Assembly (NCBI GenBank): GCA_963695545.1
Contig: OY968796.1
Span: 2,464,001-2,528,000, forward strand
Source: Terriglobia bacterium
Lineage (GTDB): Bacteria; Acidobacteriota; Terriglobia; Acidiferrales; UBA7541
DNA: 64,000 bases
Direction of reading: 5' to 3'
The position numbers and the translations under genes are program-made. Every line of letters begins with the position of its first letter. The stretch's first letter is position 1. Positions 35,401 to 44,416 of this stretch are shown here, one piece after another. The notes below the pieces were generated by a model. It saw only the letters and a program-made list of their open reading frames with translations, was not told the DNA's origin and ran no database searches.

Positions 35401-36440
35401 CTTCGGAACCGATTTGCGCCAGCGGAAACGAGCCACAGCGCCAGTATCTGAATCTTCTGGCGGGCGGGTCGGTTACAGCGAAGGCCGTGACCACAAACCT
35501 TGGTGTAAACGAGCTGAGCGGTGCAATGGAAATGGGCACGGATTCCAACAATGCCAACTACAACGCGTTGCTGGTAACCCTGAACCATCGCTTCTCGCAC
35601 GGATTCACGTGGCTGGCCAACTACACGTACAGCCACTGCTTCGATGAGGGAGAAGCGCAGGGCGACCTGAACGGCAACACCTTCTATCAAAACCAGCTGA
35701 ACTTTGACGGCAACTACGGGAGCTGCACTTTCGATATACGCAGCTTGTTCAACACGTCGGTGGTCGCAACTACGGTGATGAAGGGCGGTTGGAAGGGCCA
35801 TTTACTGGGCGGGTGGCAAATTGCTCCGAACGTCCGCGTGGTTAGTGGAGCACCGCTCAATTTCACGATTGGGGACAACACGCTGACGGGCGGCTCGAGC
35901 CAAGCTACGTTTGAGGATTTCACGGCGGGATGTAATGCGGCCGGGGCATACTCGAACGGCTTGGAGAAGGGCTACTCGTGGCTGAATCAAAGCTGCTTGC
36001 TCGAGGAAGCGAACACAACCTCAGCAGGGACAGCACAAGAACTGGTGAACCCGGTTTACACCAACACCGTGACGTGCACGGGGACGGCGACGAGTACCTG
36101 CCCAACGGGCACGACGGGCCTGGTGATCTCCAGCGGGACCACCGGCTCTGGACAGTTCGGCTTAATCCAGCGGAACTTTCTGCGGGCTCCCGGAGCGATC
36201 AACTTCGACATGTCGATCAGCCGGATGTTCCCGATTCACGAGCGGTTGCAGGCGGAGTTCCAGTTCGAAGCCTTCAACGTTTTCAACCACTGGAATCCGG
36301 CGGCACCGAGCGGCGGTTCGCCGACCGGCACGACGGGCTCCCAGAACCTGGGATACATCACAAGCGCGGCACTATCGGGGATTATCCCGACGCAAACCGA
36401 CCCGCGCGTGCTCCAGTTCGCTGTGAAGTTGCACTTCTAA
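32415..36440 (+). CDS. TonB-dependent receptor (Oar-like, N-terminal carboxypeptidase-regulatory-like domain)
   Basis: GQILDPTGASVPDAKVT, LPLNGR, VVTKSGTN.LHG.LFEYLRN, RRNQFGGTLGG, APRLGIAW and C-terminal PRVLQFAVKLHF. AGGAGG RBS. Confidence 0.92.
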   Translation: MVRVDRRISALCCVFVALALVLLIPFNSFAQNVAVAEVSGQILDPTGASVPDAKVTMTEADKNVDHTTLSDADGRYLFPNLPVGPYKLTVEKTSFKTYVQTGIVLQVNDHIAMNVTMQLGAVSESVVVQAGALMVQTDTAAVSNVVTGDQISNLPLNGRFASELISMAGVSSAYQQSSPTSGYGDLTGSKSFFSSFAVSVAGSQYNGVNYLLDGGMNNDTYAFVNLPFPFPDALAEFSVETDALPAQTGTKAGGVVNVVTKSGTNDLHGNLFEYLRNGDFNARAHPFFTGPQPGSGGTLATNCQADNPSNIASVVAAANAAGTSGNTAGIADGGVTGNSCDILRRNQFGGTLGGKIIKDKLFYFMGYQGTRISQVGGATTNEPTQDEIADGDLAPYFNDLESSKNLLGNTTNYWAGQANCTIKSNATSGLSTSLATPTPYFGGAAGSANPTLDPTDTQDRLQAGQTFDPIALKLFGTNMVPYGPGQGTNPAGANYNPCGYLTYAVPSVQNEDQVIGRIDYVVSSKQTLFGRYFIDDFTDPDANTLAGGTNLLLTSSPGVFQRAQAFTLGDSYSISPTTINSLHLTWNRRRDNRTTLIPESLATLGATTYTETNAFLQITGPFSIGSGTGNLGHFNVNSWQVSDDVDLIRGRNHFTMGADLIRTQDNTLTNYENDGTLSFGTTFTGNALGDLLMGAWSGYSQSRPQQVAFRATFPAFYFQDVMRVRNDLTINAGLRWEPELFPYDLQGRGATFNLQAFLENERSPQYAADCTTAALAVNPNACPPAGFFFDGDPGQGKAYSSSRILNLAPRLGIAWNPFGSQKQVFRAGGGIFYDDAAVWWSQRLTSDPPGIDEIDLTQSLSSLAPATSQFCGTLSHPWLYYNSAGCQGAPLAGNLNGGTVPSGTFADGPFPAVHDFPSNALWVVIPPNVKPTYVGEWTASYQIQFASNWIFTASYLGNKSTHLPLGYSINFSETPLENLGQPNVCFLPAAGVVATASEPICASGNEPQRQYLNLLAGGSVTAKAVTTNLGVNELSGAMEMGTDSNNANYNALLVTLNHRFSHGFTWLANYTYSHCFDEGEAQGDLNGNTFYQNQLNFDGNYGSCTFDIRSLFNTSVVATTVMKGGWKGHLLGGWQIAPNVRVVSGAPLNFTIGDNTLTGGSSQATFEDFTAGCNAAGAYSNGLEKGYSWLNQSCLLEEANTTSAGTAQELVNPVYTNTVTCTGTATSTCPTGTTGLVISSGTTGSGQFGLIQRNFLRAPGAINFDMSISRMFPIHERLQAEFQFEAFNVFNHWNPAAPSGGSPTGTTGSQNLGYITSAALSGIIPTQTDPRVLQFAVKLHF

Positions 36441-36464
36441 AACACGGCGGAATAAACCCTTACC

Positions 36465-36514
36465 GGCCCCGATGGAAACTCGATTTTCGAGTTCTCGTCG
36501 GGGCCCTTTTATTT
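36465..36514 (+). terminator. Rho-independent terminator after the TonB receptor
   Basis: Long hairpin GGCCCCGATG..AACTCGA / TCGAGTT..CGTCGGGGCC followed by CTTTTATTT. Confidence 0.75.
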
Positions 36515-36644
36515 GCGCGGAAGTTCCGTAAGGCAAGCGCGAGGACACAGGATCGTGGTTGCCGTGGCACGGCTCGTGGCTGCGGGTAGGAGTAGGGGGG
36601 GCTATTTGACGCAGAAACGGGCCGGCGGCGCGATCGGGAGGGCC

Positions 36645-37868
36645 TTAGGCTGCGCGGTGGCGAGGATTGGCGGGCAGCGCGGAAATGGCTGCGGCGCCGA
36701 CGAGCGTCAAACCGACAAGCAAAAGAAAGCCGGAGGAGTAGCTGCCGCGCGCGTCGTGCAATTTGGCGATCATCCAGGGAGACGTGGCTTCGGCGACGCC
36801 GCTGGCGGTGAGGATCACGCCCATGAGGCGGCCTAGAACTTCGACGCCGAAAATTTCGGCGGTCATCAGCGGAATCACCATGTAGTCGCCACCGAGGCCG
36901 AGGCCGAAAACGGCGGCGAAAGTATAAATCGCGAAATGCGATTGGTTGAGGAACAGAAGAGGAATGGCACCGGCGACTAAGAAAAAAATGAGCAGCATCA
37001 CGTGTTTGATGGGGATGCGGTCGGCGAGCCAGCCCATCAACAGGCGGCCCACGATGCTCGAGGCTAGAACGAGGGACAGGATGCGCGCGGCGCTGGATTG
37101 CGAGAAGTGCTGGTCAACGCTGAGGAAGAGTTTCAGATTTTGTTGCACGCCGGCGAGCGCTGCGATCGAGCACATGCTGCCGGCGGTGAGCAGATAGAAG
37201 GCGCCGGATTTGAACGCGGCGAGCGATGAACGCGGAGCCGGCGCAGGGCCGCGGCGGACTTCGCCGGGCGATTCCTTCACGAAGTAAGCCAGCGGGAACG
37301 CGATGATCACGATGAACACGCCAATCGTTTCGAGCGCGGCGCGCCAGCCGTAGCGTTCGACAAGCGCGGCGGAGAGCAGCGGCACCACCGCGCCTCCAAA
37401 ACCGATTCCGAGATACGCGATGCCCATGGCCTTGCCGCGAGCTTTATCGAACCAGCGCGAGACCAACACCTGAGCGGGAAGCGGACCGCCGCAGACGTAG
37501 CCGAGCGCGTTGAAGATGTAAAAGAAATAAAAACCGCTGAGAGTGGAGACGCGGCCGAGTCCGACGAGAGCGATGCCCGCCATCAGGATGCCGGCCATCA
37601 TCAAACGGCGCGGGCCGAAGCGGTCCACCAACCAGCCGGCGAGGAATCCGAACGCTGGTCCGATGACGAGCTTGCTGAGGGCATTGCCGGAGGTGACTTC
37701 GCCGCGCGTCCAGCCGAACTGGCGGACCATGAAATCGTAATAGAAGGGAAGGCCGTAGAGCGCGAGGCCCACGACGCAGAAAAGGCCGGCGAAGGCCGTG
37801 GCTGCGACTTGCAGCGCGCCGGGGCGCAGCGTGGGCGTGGCGGTGGGTGCGGTGGGGGGCTCGCTCAC
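36645..37868 (-). CDS. MFS transporter (OFA/MCT-like)
   Basis: About 12 TM helices, motif A GWLVDRFGPRR and GWLADRIP, SRWFDKARGKAMG. Confidence 0.9.
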   Translation of the reverse strand: MSEPPTAPTATPTLRPGALQVAATAFAGLFCVVGLALYGLPFYYDFMVRQFGWTRGEVTSGNALSKLVIGPAFGFLAGWLVDRFGPRRLMMAGILMAGIALVGLGRVSTLSGFYFFYIFNALGYVCGGPLPAQVLVSRWFDKARGKAMGIAYLGIGFGGAVVPLLSAALVERYGWRAALETIGVFIVIIAFPLAYFVKESPGEVRRGPAPAPRSSLAAFKSGAFYLLTAGSMCSIAALAGVQQNLKLFLSVDQHFSQSSAARILSLVLASSIVGRLLMGWLADRIPIKHVMLLIFFLVAGAIPLLFLNQSHFAIYTFAAVFGLGLGGDYMVIPLMTAEIFGVEVLGRLMGVILTASGVAEATSPWMIAKLHDARGSYSSGFLLLVGLTLVGAAAISALPANPRHRAA

Positions 37869-37923
37869 GACGCGTGGGTCTCGGGGCGCGGCGCGGGCGA
37901 GGGCGTCGGCGCAGATCGCGTTG

Positions 37924-40089
37924 TCACGGTTTGGGCGCCGCGGCTTGCTGTTGCTGATATTTATCGAACCAGGTTTTCACCTGCGCATCGAGCGCGGCGA
38001 GATCGGGTTTCGATTGCGCGATAGCTTGCGAATCCTTCCACTCTTTTTGCAAATCGCCGACGTTTACGGTTGAGCCGACGCGAATGAACAGCGGAAGTTG
38101 ATAGGTGTCGGCGGGCACGGTGATGGTTTTGCCGCCGGCGTAAATTTTGGTGGGCCGCCAAGCGTCGCGCCAGCGGGAACCACGAGGCAGATAGACATCT
38201 TGCGTGCGCTGACCATTTTTCCAAACTGGGGAGACCACGAGATCTGGGCCGTACTCGTAGGTCCACCAGTTGGTCCATGCCGCGGGAGATTTCGGATCGA
38301 CGAGAAAGAGCGGGCGAATGATGGGCATGCCGGTTGCGTGGGCCTGCTGCGCGGCGGCGTAACTGTAGGCGGCGAGTCGATCGTGCAGGCGGGCGTAGAG
38401 GCGCCAGAGGGCGATGAGATCGGTGTCGTAGCTGGGCGTGCGCGGGAGATCCCAGAAGCCGACGTTGCGCGTGGGGCCGACTTCCATAATCGGCGTGAAG
38501 GCGCTGAAGGCCAGCCAACGGCCGCAAATTTCCTGCTCGACGAGAAGCGTGTAGCCGCAAGTGTCCGTGCCCCAATTTGGGTAACCATCGACGGCGTTGC
38601 GCTGCGCGGCGATGATTTCGGCACGCAGACCGTACTCGGTGCCGGCGACGTCGCCGCCCCAGAAAACCCCGTACGCGGAGCTGCCGGTGTAAGCGGCGCG
38701 CGGCATGAGCACGAAATCCTGATCGGGATGAAATTTCAGGGAGATGTCGTAAGCGGCTTTGATGTACATCGGAGGATAGGCGTCGCGATCTTCGCGGATG
38801 GAGCGGCCATCGAAAATGCGAAAGGGGCCGGATTCGGGGATGTCCTCTTCAGAGCGATCCATTTTGAAGCCTTCGACGCCGATTTTTAGTAATTTCGCGA
38901 CGCCGTCTTGCCAAAAAGCTTTCGCGGCGGGATTCGAGAAATCGGCCATCGGATAATCTCGGAGCGGATCGGTTTGGCCGGGGAGGTTGTAACCTTTGGC
39001 GAGCGCTTCTTGTTCCATCTTCCCTTGGAAGAAGGGGCCGATCCACATGATCATGTGCGAATTTTGCTGCTTGATCCATTGGATGGACGCCTCGAAATTC
39101 GGCATGCGCTGCGTATCGATCTCGAAATCGTCGTAGCCCTGCGGGCCGGGGCCCCACGGGCGATCGATCCACATGATCGAGTTTGGAATGCCGAAGGCCT
39201 TCATCATCAGAACGTCTTCCATAAACTCGGAATTGAAGGGGCCGGTGACGGGCGTGCCGTCGTAGTAGGTGGCGCGCTCGGTGTTTTCGTCACGCCAGCG
39301 CCACGGGCCGTAGATCCATTTCGGCGGAAGGAATGGCGGGCCGGCGTCCATGGCGTGCTCGCGGACAAGTTCCGCGGGATCGCGCGATGTGTAGATTTTT
39401 AATTCGAGCGAGGGGCCTTCAAATTCGATTCGCACGCGCGAGGGGTCGGTGGCGCAGAAATCGAAATGGCCGGGCCAATCGGTCTTGACGAAAACGGCGT
39501 AGCCGCGCGAGGAGATGTAAAACGGAGCGTAAACCGAAAGCGTGGGCTTCAAGATCATATCGATTTGTTGGCCGCGCAAATTCAGGACTTCCGTGCGGCC
39601 GGCGGACCACGTCAATTGTTGCGGGCCGTCGACCAGGCGCTCCATGATGCCGGTGAAAAATTCGTCCTTGCCGGATTCGATTGAGAGGCCCCATTTCGAG
39701 ATGCCGGCGGAGGGTTGTGCGGAGAGGTGCACAGTAAAATTATCGCCGTCGGGCACGACGGAGAGTTTGACGACGCGGCCGTCGGGCATCGTGGCCTGGC
39801 CTTCGATCGCGCCATTTTTCTGAGGTGTCGCGATCAGCGAACCGGGAAGGGAAGCGCGGCCTTGCAACGTCTCGATGTAAAGGCCGTCGATGCGCAGGGC
39901 GCGGGCTTCCGCGCCCGATCCGAAAGGCGCCAAGGATTTCGAGGGCAGCGCGATCACAGCGGACGCGGCGGAATTCGAGGCGCTTTGATCCTGCGCGGGC
40001 ATCGTGGCCGGAGCGGATTGCGCTGCGGCGGAGGACGCTGCGAACGCTGCGAGCGCGAGAAGCAAGGCGAACCCTGGGCGACATTTCAT
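37924..40089 (-). CDS. Glycoside hydrolase family 31, secreted
   Basis: APFYISSRGY, WIDRPW, DFSNPAAKAFW, GFKMDRSEE (nucleophile), WGGD, WGTDTCGY, GMPIIRPLFL. Confidence 0.88.
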   Translation of the reverse strand: MKCRPGFALLLALAAFAASSAAAQSAPATMPAQDQSASNSAASAVIALPSKSLAPFGSGAEARALRIDGLYIETLQGRASLPGSLIATPQKNGAIEGQATMPDGRVVKLSVVPDGDNFTVHLSAQPSAGISKWGLSIESGKDEFFTGIMERLVDGPQQLTWSAGRTEVLNLRGQQIDMILKPTLSVYAPFYISSRGYAVFVKTDWPGHFDFCATDPSRVRIEFEGPSLELKIYTSRDPAELVREHAMDAGPPFLPPKWIYGPWRWRDENTERATYYDGTPVTGPFNSEFMEDVLMMKAFGIPNSIMWIDRPWGPGPQGYDDFEIDTQRMPNFEASIQWIKQQNSHMIMWIGPFFQGKMEQEALAKGYNLPGQTDPLRDYPMADFSNPAAKAFWQDGVAKLLKIGVEGFKMDRSEEDIPESGPFRIFDGRSIREDRDAYPPMYIKAAYDISLKFHPDQDFVLMPRAAYTGSSAYGVFWGGDVAGTEYGLRAEIIAAQRNAVDGYPNWGTDTCGYTLLVEQEICGRWLAFSAFTPIMEVGPTRNVGFWDLPRTPSYDTDLIALWRLYARLHDRLAAYSYAAAQQAHATGMPIIRPLFLVDPKSPAAWTNWWTYEYGPDLVVSPVWKNGQRTQDVYLPRGSRWRDAWRPTKIYAGGKTITVPADTYQLPLFIRVGSTVNVGDLQKEWKDSQAIAQSKPDLAALDAQVKTWFDKYQQQQAAAPKP

Positions 40090-40235
40090 TTGCGTAGTTC
40101 CCTCATTTTGCTATTGGGGCGTGCGCGGGATTCCGAATTCCGCTTGGTGAGATTCCTCGTTTTCGGATGCGGTTTCAAGTAAAAAAATGCGCTGCGGGAA
40201 AATTACGACGCCGTGGAAAATAGCGCGCGAGGCGC

Positions 40236-41171
40236 TTAGCGGTTCAGCGCGTCGCGAAGGAACGCGACGGCTTGCGGGGCGTCGCTTGCAAAATTCGCGG
40301 TGTGCGCGTCAATGCTGATTCCGCTGGTGTAATTGATCTCGCGGAGTGCGGCGAAGAAAGGCGCATAGTTGTACTCGTCCCAGCGCGCGGGGAAAACGCG
40401 GCCGTTGGGATTCGAGAAGTGGAAATGGCGGACGTAATCTTTCGCGGCGACGATCGCGGAAGGATCTTCGTGGGTTTGATCGAGGTAGTAGATGTCGAGA
40501 ACCAGCTGGATGTTTGGATCGTCGACTGCGCGCACCAGCTGCACACCTTCGGCGACGCTGTTGATGATGTTCGTTTCCTCTTGGCTTTGCGGCTCGACGG
40601 TGACGACAATGTTGCGCTCGCGGGCTTCGGGCGCAATGCGTTTCAGGAAGTCCACGAGTTGATCGAACGCGGCGTCGTGCGAAAAACCGTCGGGAACTCG
40701 GCGTGCGGCGCCGCTGCCGAGGACGATGATGTGCGCGTTCAGCGCGGCGACACGATCCATGGCTTTGCGGACGTACGCCATCTGTTGGTCTTTGTCGATG
40801 TTGGGGCCGGTCAGCTTGATTGTCGGGGGAATAAAAACGTCGGTGGCGAGAACCGGGAAGCCGCCCTGTTTCACTTCGTTCTTCAACTGCGCGAAATCCG
40901 CGTCGGAGAGCGAAACGATTTCAGCGGTGCTAAGTTCGACGTAATCGAAGCCGGCGCCTTTGGTGGCGCTGATCATTTTGACGGTTCCGCACGCGCCGAT
41001 CTTAATTGCTGGAGATTCGCTCCTGCCGACCGCGAGGAACAGTAGCGCGACGCAGCAGAGGACCAGGCAACGCAGTGTGAGGCGGGACAGGCGACCGCCA
41101 AAAGCTTGGCCGCTTGATGCGCGGTGCGAATTTTTCGGACGAACAAACATCGGCAACATTGTCTCTCTCAT
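40236..41171 (-). CDS. Ketose 3-epimerase-like TIM-barrel protein with N-terminal signal/anchor (paralogue 2)
   Basis: AGFDYVEL, VLGSGAAR, VEPQSQEE, LDIYY, HFHFSN. ATG 41171 overlaps the methyltransferase stop (ATGA). Confidence 0.8.
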   Translation of the reverse strand: MRETMLPMFVRPKNSHRASSGQAFGGRLSRLTLRCLVLCCVALLFLAVGRSESPAIKIGACGTVKMISATKGAGFDYVELSTAEIVSLSDADFAQLKNEVKQGGFPVLATDVFIPPTIKLTGPNIDKDQQMAYVRKAMDRVAALNAHIIVLGSGAARRVPDGFSHDAAFDQLVDFLKRIAPEARERNIVVTVEPQSQEETNIINSVAEGVQLVRAVDDPNIQLVLDIYYLDQTHEDPSAIVAAKDYVRHFHFSNPNGRVFPARWDEYNYAPFFAALREINYTSGISIDAHTANFASDAPQAVAFLRDALNR

Positions 41172-41998
41172 GCTTCGGCCGTGATGCATAGGTGCCAGCC
41201 CAAGCGGCGCTCAAGGGCGCGAAAAAGCGCGGGTGGCATTGCGCGGAAATAAAATTCCTTCACGTAGCGATACTGCAGATAGTCCGCAACGCGATAAGGA
41301 AATATGTGGTCTACGTTGACGTCGCGGACATGGAAACCGTGGCGTTCGAGGAGTTCGCGGCCTTCGCGGCGCGAAAATGTGTAGGTGATGGGGCAGCCGG
41401 TTTGCGCCTCGGAATTCTTGGCGACGAGTTCTGGAAGTTTCCAGAATCGGCCATGACCTTCGCCGAGGAGAATCCCCAGCACTTTCCAGGAGCGCCGGTG
41501 ATAGACCATGATTTTCACGGTCGTTCCGGGATGGGCGTAAGAGCGAAGCTCTTCGAGGACGCGGTCCGGGTGGGGCGTGTGGTGAATCACGCCGAAGGAA
41601 TAAATGAGATCGTACGGTGCGGCGGGCGCGAAGCTGCGCAACTCTTCCGCGTTGCCGCGGTAAAACTGCACCTGATCCTGAACGCCGTAGACGACGGTGC
41701 GCTGGCGGGCCAGCTCGACGGATTTTTCGGAGAGATCGACGCTGGTGACGCGCGCGCCGTGACGCGCGAAATTCACGGTGTCGGTGCCGATGCCGCAACC
41801 GATTTCCAAAACCGATTTGCCGCGCCAGCGCTCAAATTCGGCGAAAGCCGGAATGTGCGGCTCGACGCGATATTTGCGCGCTTCGACTTCGTCGAAATAT
41901 TCCTTCGTGCCAACCGGTTGGGACGAGTGGCGGATGTTACAGGGACGCGTGTCCCAGTAATCCTGGACGCGATTGATGGCGACTTCTTCAAATCCCAT
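41168..41998 (-). CDS. Class I SAM-dependent methyltransferase
   Basis: VLEIGCGIGTD (motif I), VDLS, YDLIYSFGVIHHTP. Confidence 0.9.
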   Translation of the reverse strand: MGFEEVAINRVQDYWDTRPCNIRHSSQPVGTKEYFDEVEARKYRVEPHIPAFAEFERWRGKSVLEIGCGIGTDTVNFARHGARVTSVDLSEKSVELARQRTVVYGVQDQVQFYRGNAEELRSFAPAAPYDLIYSFGVIHHTPHPDRVLEELRSYAHPGTTVKIMVYHRRSWKVLGILLGEGHGRFWKLPELVAKNSEAQTGCPITYTFSRREGRELLERHGFHVRDVNVDHIFPYRVADYLQYRYVKEFYFRAMPPALFRALERRLGWHLCITAEA

Positions 41999-42084
41999 GG
42001 TGAGCGCGAATGCCGGGCGGCCGGCTCGTACGATGCGATGCCCAGAACTACGATTTCAATTGTATCGCTTTGCGGCGCGCGGAG

Positions 42085-43011
42085 TCACTGACCGCCCGTG
42101 AGCGCGGCGCGCAGGAAGGCAATGGATTCGGGTGCTTCTTTCGCGAAATCGGTGGAGCTGGCTTCGACGCCCATCTCGCGGTCATAACCGATCTTGCGGA
42201 GATTGGCAAACAGCGGAGCGTAATTGTACTCATCCCAGCGCAGCGGAAGGACGCGCCCGGTCGGATTGGCCATATGGATGTGAACGATGTGATCGCCGGC
42301 GGCGAGAATGTCGGCGGGATCTTCTTTGACCATCTCGAATTGGTAGTAATCGAGATTCAATTGGATGTTCGGATCGTTCACCACCTTGATGAATGCGAGC
42401 GCCTCAGCCAGCGAGCCGATGAGATTCGATTCCTCGGGGCGCAAGGGCTCGATGGCGATGATCACGTTTCGCGCGCGCGCTTCCGGTCCGAGGCGCTTGC
42501 AGAAATCTACGAGCTGCGCGTAGGCCTCGTCCTTCGAAAAACCCTCGGGATAGGAGCGCGCGGGACCGCTGCCCATGGCGACCACGCGCGCGCCCAATTT
42601 CGAGACGCGATCAAGCGCCAGGCGGACGTACGCCATCTGCTGGTCTTTGTCGATGTTCGGGCCGCTCAGCTTGATGTTTCCGGGAATGAAGAGATATGTG
42701 TCCAGCACCGGAAAGTCGATCTGTTTCAGCTTCGCGCCCAACTGTGCATAGTCGGCGTCAGAGAGCGCGGCAACTTCGGAGGTTCGCAGATCCATATAGT
42801 CGAAGCCGGCGGCTTTCGCTGCGTCAATTTGGCTGATCGGGCCGCAATAGCCGATGCGCACTTTTGGCGTGTCGCTTTTGCCCGCGACGAGGCAGAGCAA
42901 CGCGAGGCCAACCAGGACGACGCTTCGCAGGGCGACGTCTACGGCGCGCGAGTGTGAGGCTGAGCGATTCGATGTTTGCTTACCGCCAGCCGGAAGCAAT
43001 CGATTGCTCAT
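42085..43011 (-). CDS. Ketose 3-epimerase-like TIM-barrel protein with N-terminal signal/anchor (paralogue 1)
   Basis: AGFDYMDL, MGSGPAR, IEPLRPEE, LDYYQ, HIHMAN, GVEA. Confidence 0.82.
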   Translation of the reverse strand: MSNRLLPAGGKQTSNRSASHSRAVDVALRSVVLVGLALLCLVAGKSDTPKVRIGYCGPISQIDAAKAAGFDYMDLRTSEVAALSDADYAQLGAKLKQIDFPVLDTYLFIPGNIKLSGPNIDKDQQMAYVRLALDRVSKLGARVVAMGSGPARSYPEGFSKDEAYAQLVDFCKRLGPEARARNVIIAIEPLRPEESNLIGSLAEALAFIKVVNDPNIQLNLDYYQFEMVKEDPADILAAGDHIVHIHMANPTGRVLPLRWDEYNYAPLFANLRKIGYDREMGVEASSTDFAKEAPESIAFLRAALTGGQ

Positions 43012-43015
43012 CGCG

Positions 43016-44416
43016 TCACTTTCCCGCCGGAGCGGCCGGCGTGCGAAACGGAGTAGGAGGCAGATTCCAAAGCGCTACGGGATCGGGATGCGCGGGATCG
43101 AACGGCGGCGTGTCGCCCAAGAGGTATCTTGCTATTCCGAGCTGATTGGTCTTTATGCCTTCGACGATGCATTTCGCAAGCTCGTAGGCGCCGTAGGAAT
43201 TGAAGTGGGTGTCGTCCTTGAGTTCAGCGGTCTGGCCGGGGAATGTGCCGGCCGGGTAGTGAACAAAGGCTCTGGTGGAATTGTCCGGGCCCATGGCTTC
43301 GTAAAAGACTTTGCTCATGGCGTTCAGATCGATCAGCGGGACATTTTCATCGCGCGCCAATTGGCGCATCGCGTCGGGATAATCGCCCAACGTGTTCACG
43401 ATTTTTCCGTCGGGGCCGAAGCTGCGGCGATTCATCGAGGTGACGAGCACGGGCGTGGCGCCACGCAGTCGGGCTTCGTCGATGTAGAGGCGGAGGTAGG
43501 ATTTGTAGTCGGTTGCGGCGTCGACGTGATCCGGGCCCGGTTTTTGATCGTTGTGCGTGAATTGGATGAAGAGATAATCGCCCGGTTTCATTGTGCTCAG
43601 AATTTTCGCGAGTCGATTTTCGGAGATGAACGCCTTGAGGGTTTCGCCCGATTCGGCTTGATTCGAGATCGATAAGCCGGGTTTGAAGAATCGCGGCAAC
43701 ATCTGGCCCCAGGCGCACCACGGCTCGTCGGTCTGATCGACGACCGTGGAATCGCCCGCAAGATAGACTGTGACGTCGTGCTCAACTTTGGTGATGGTGA
43801 TCGCCGCGATGCACGGGCGCTTGTTGCTGAACTCAAACGTCAGCTTGTGGTCCCAATCCATGGTGCCCACTTCGCGCTGCTTGAGCGACACCTGGCCGCC
43901 TCCGGCGATTTCCGGATAGCGAACGCTGACGGTGAAAGTGCGCGTGGCGATCTCGCCGTTCGTGGTTTGCACGACTTCGAGCAGTAAGCGGCGCGATTCC
44001 GCCTTGACCGTGGTGAGAGATTCTCCCTGCGGGTCGCCGAGCGAGAAGGTCACGTCGTAATCGCCTTCGGGGACATTCACGGAGAAGAAGAACGGCTTGT
44101 CGCTGGTGCAAAAGCCGCCGGGCGCCGTCGGCCGGGCGCTTTCGGGTCCGCTGCGATCGACGCAAGTGACTTGAGCGCCGGGCTCGAATCCGTATTCCTG
44201 GTCATTTGTATATGCGGTGGTCGCGACGACCTGGGTGGCTCCGGGAGCGGCCGGTTGCGGGCCGAAGGAAAAATTCAAACTCATCGGCGCGGACAGCGGC
44301 ACCGGCGCGGCGGGCAATGCTTGAGCGGACGCGTGCGCTACTGCGAAGAGCAGGACGAAGAGCGCTGCCGAAGGCAACACCCGACGGAGCGTGAATAGAA
44401 CGGAGGCGGCGCTCAT
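43016..44416 (-). CDS. Rhamnogalacturonan acetylesterase (CE12, SGNH hydrolase), secreted
   Basis: YLAGDSTV, WGQMLP, IQFTHND, DDTHFN, plus an N-terminal beta-sandwich. Confidence 0.88.
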   Translation of the reverse strand: MSAASVLFTLRRVLPSAALFVLLFAVAHASAQALPAAPVPLSAPMSLNFSFGPQPAAPGATQVVATTAYTNDQEYGFEPGAQVTCVDRSGPESARPTAPGGFCTSDKPFFFSVNVPEGDYDVTFSLGDPQGESLTTVKAESRRLLLEVVQTTNGEIATRTFTVSVRYPEIAGGGQVSLKQREVGTMDWDHKLTFEFSNKRPCIAAITITKVEHDVTVYLAGDSTVVDQTDEPWCAWGQMLPRFFKPGLSISNQAESGETLKAFISENRLAKILSTMKPGDYLFIQFTHNDQKPGPDHVDAATDYKSYLRLYIDEARLRGATPVLVTSMNRRSFGPDGKIVNTLGDYPDAMRQLARDENVPLIDLNAMSKVFYEAMGPDNSTRAFVHYPAGTFPGQTAELKDDTHFNSYGAYELAKCIVEGIKTNQLGIARYLLGDTPPFDPAHPDPVALWNLPPTPFRTPAAPAGK

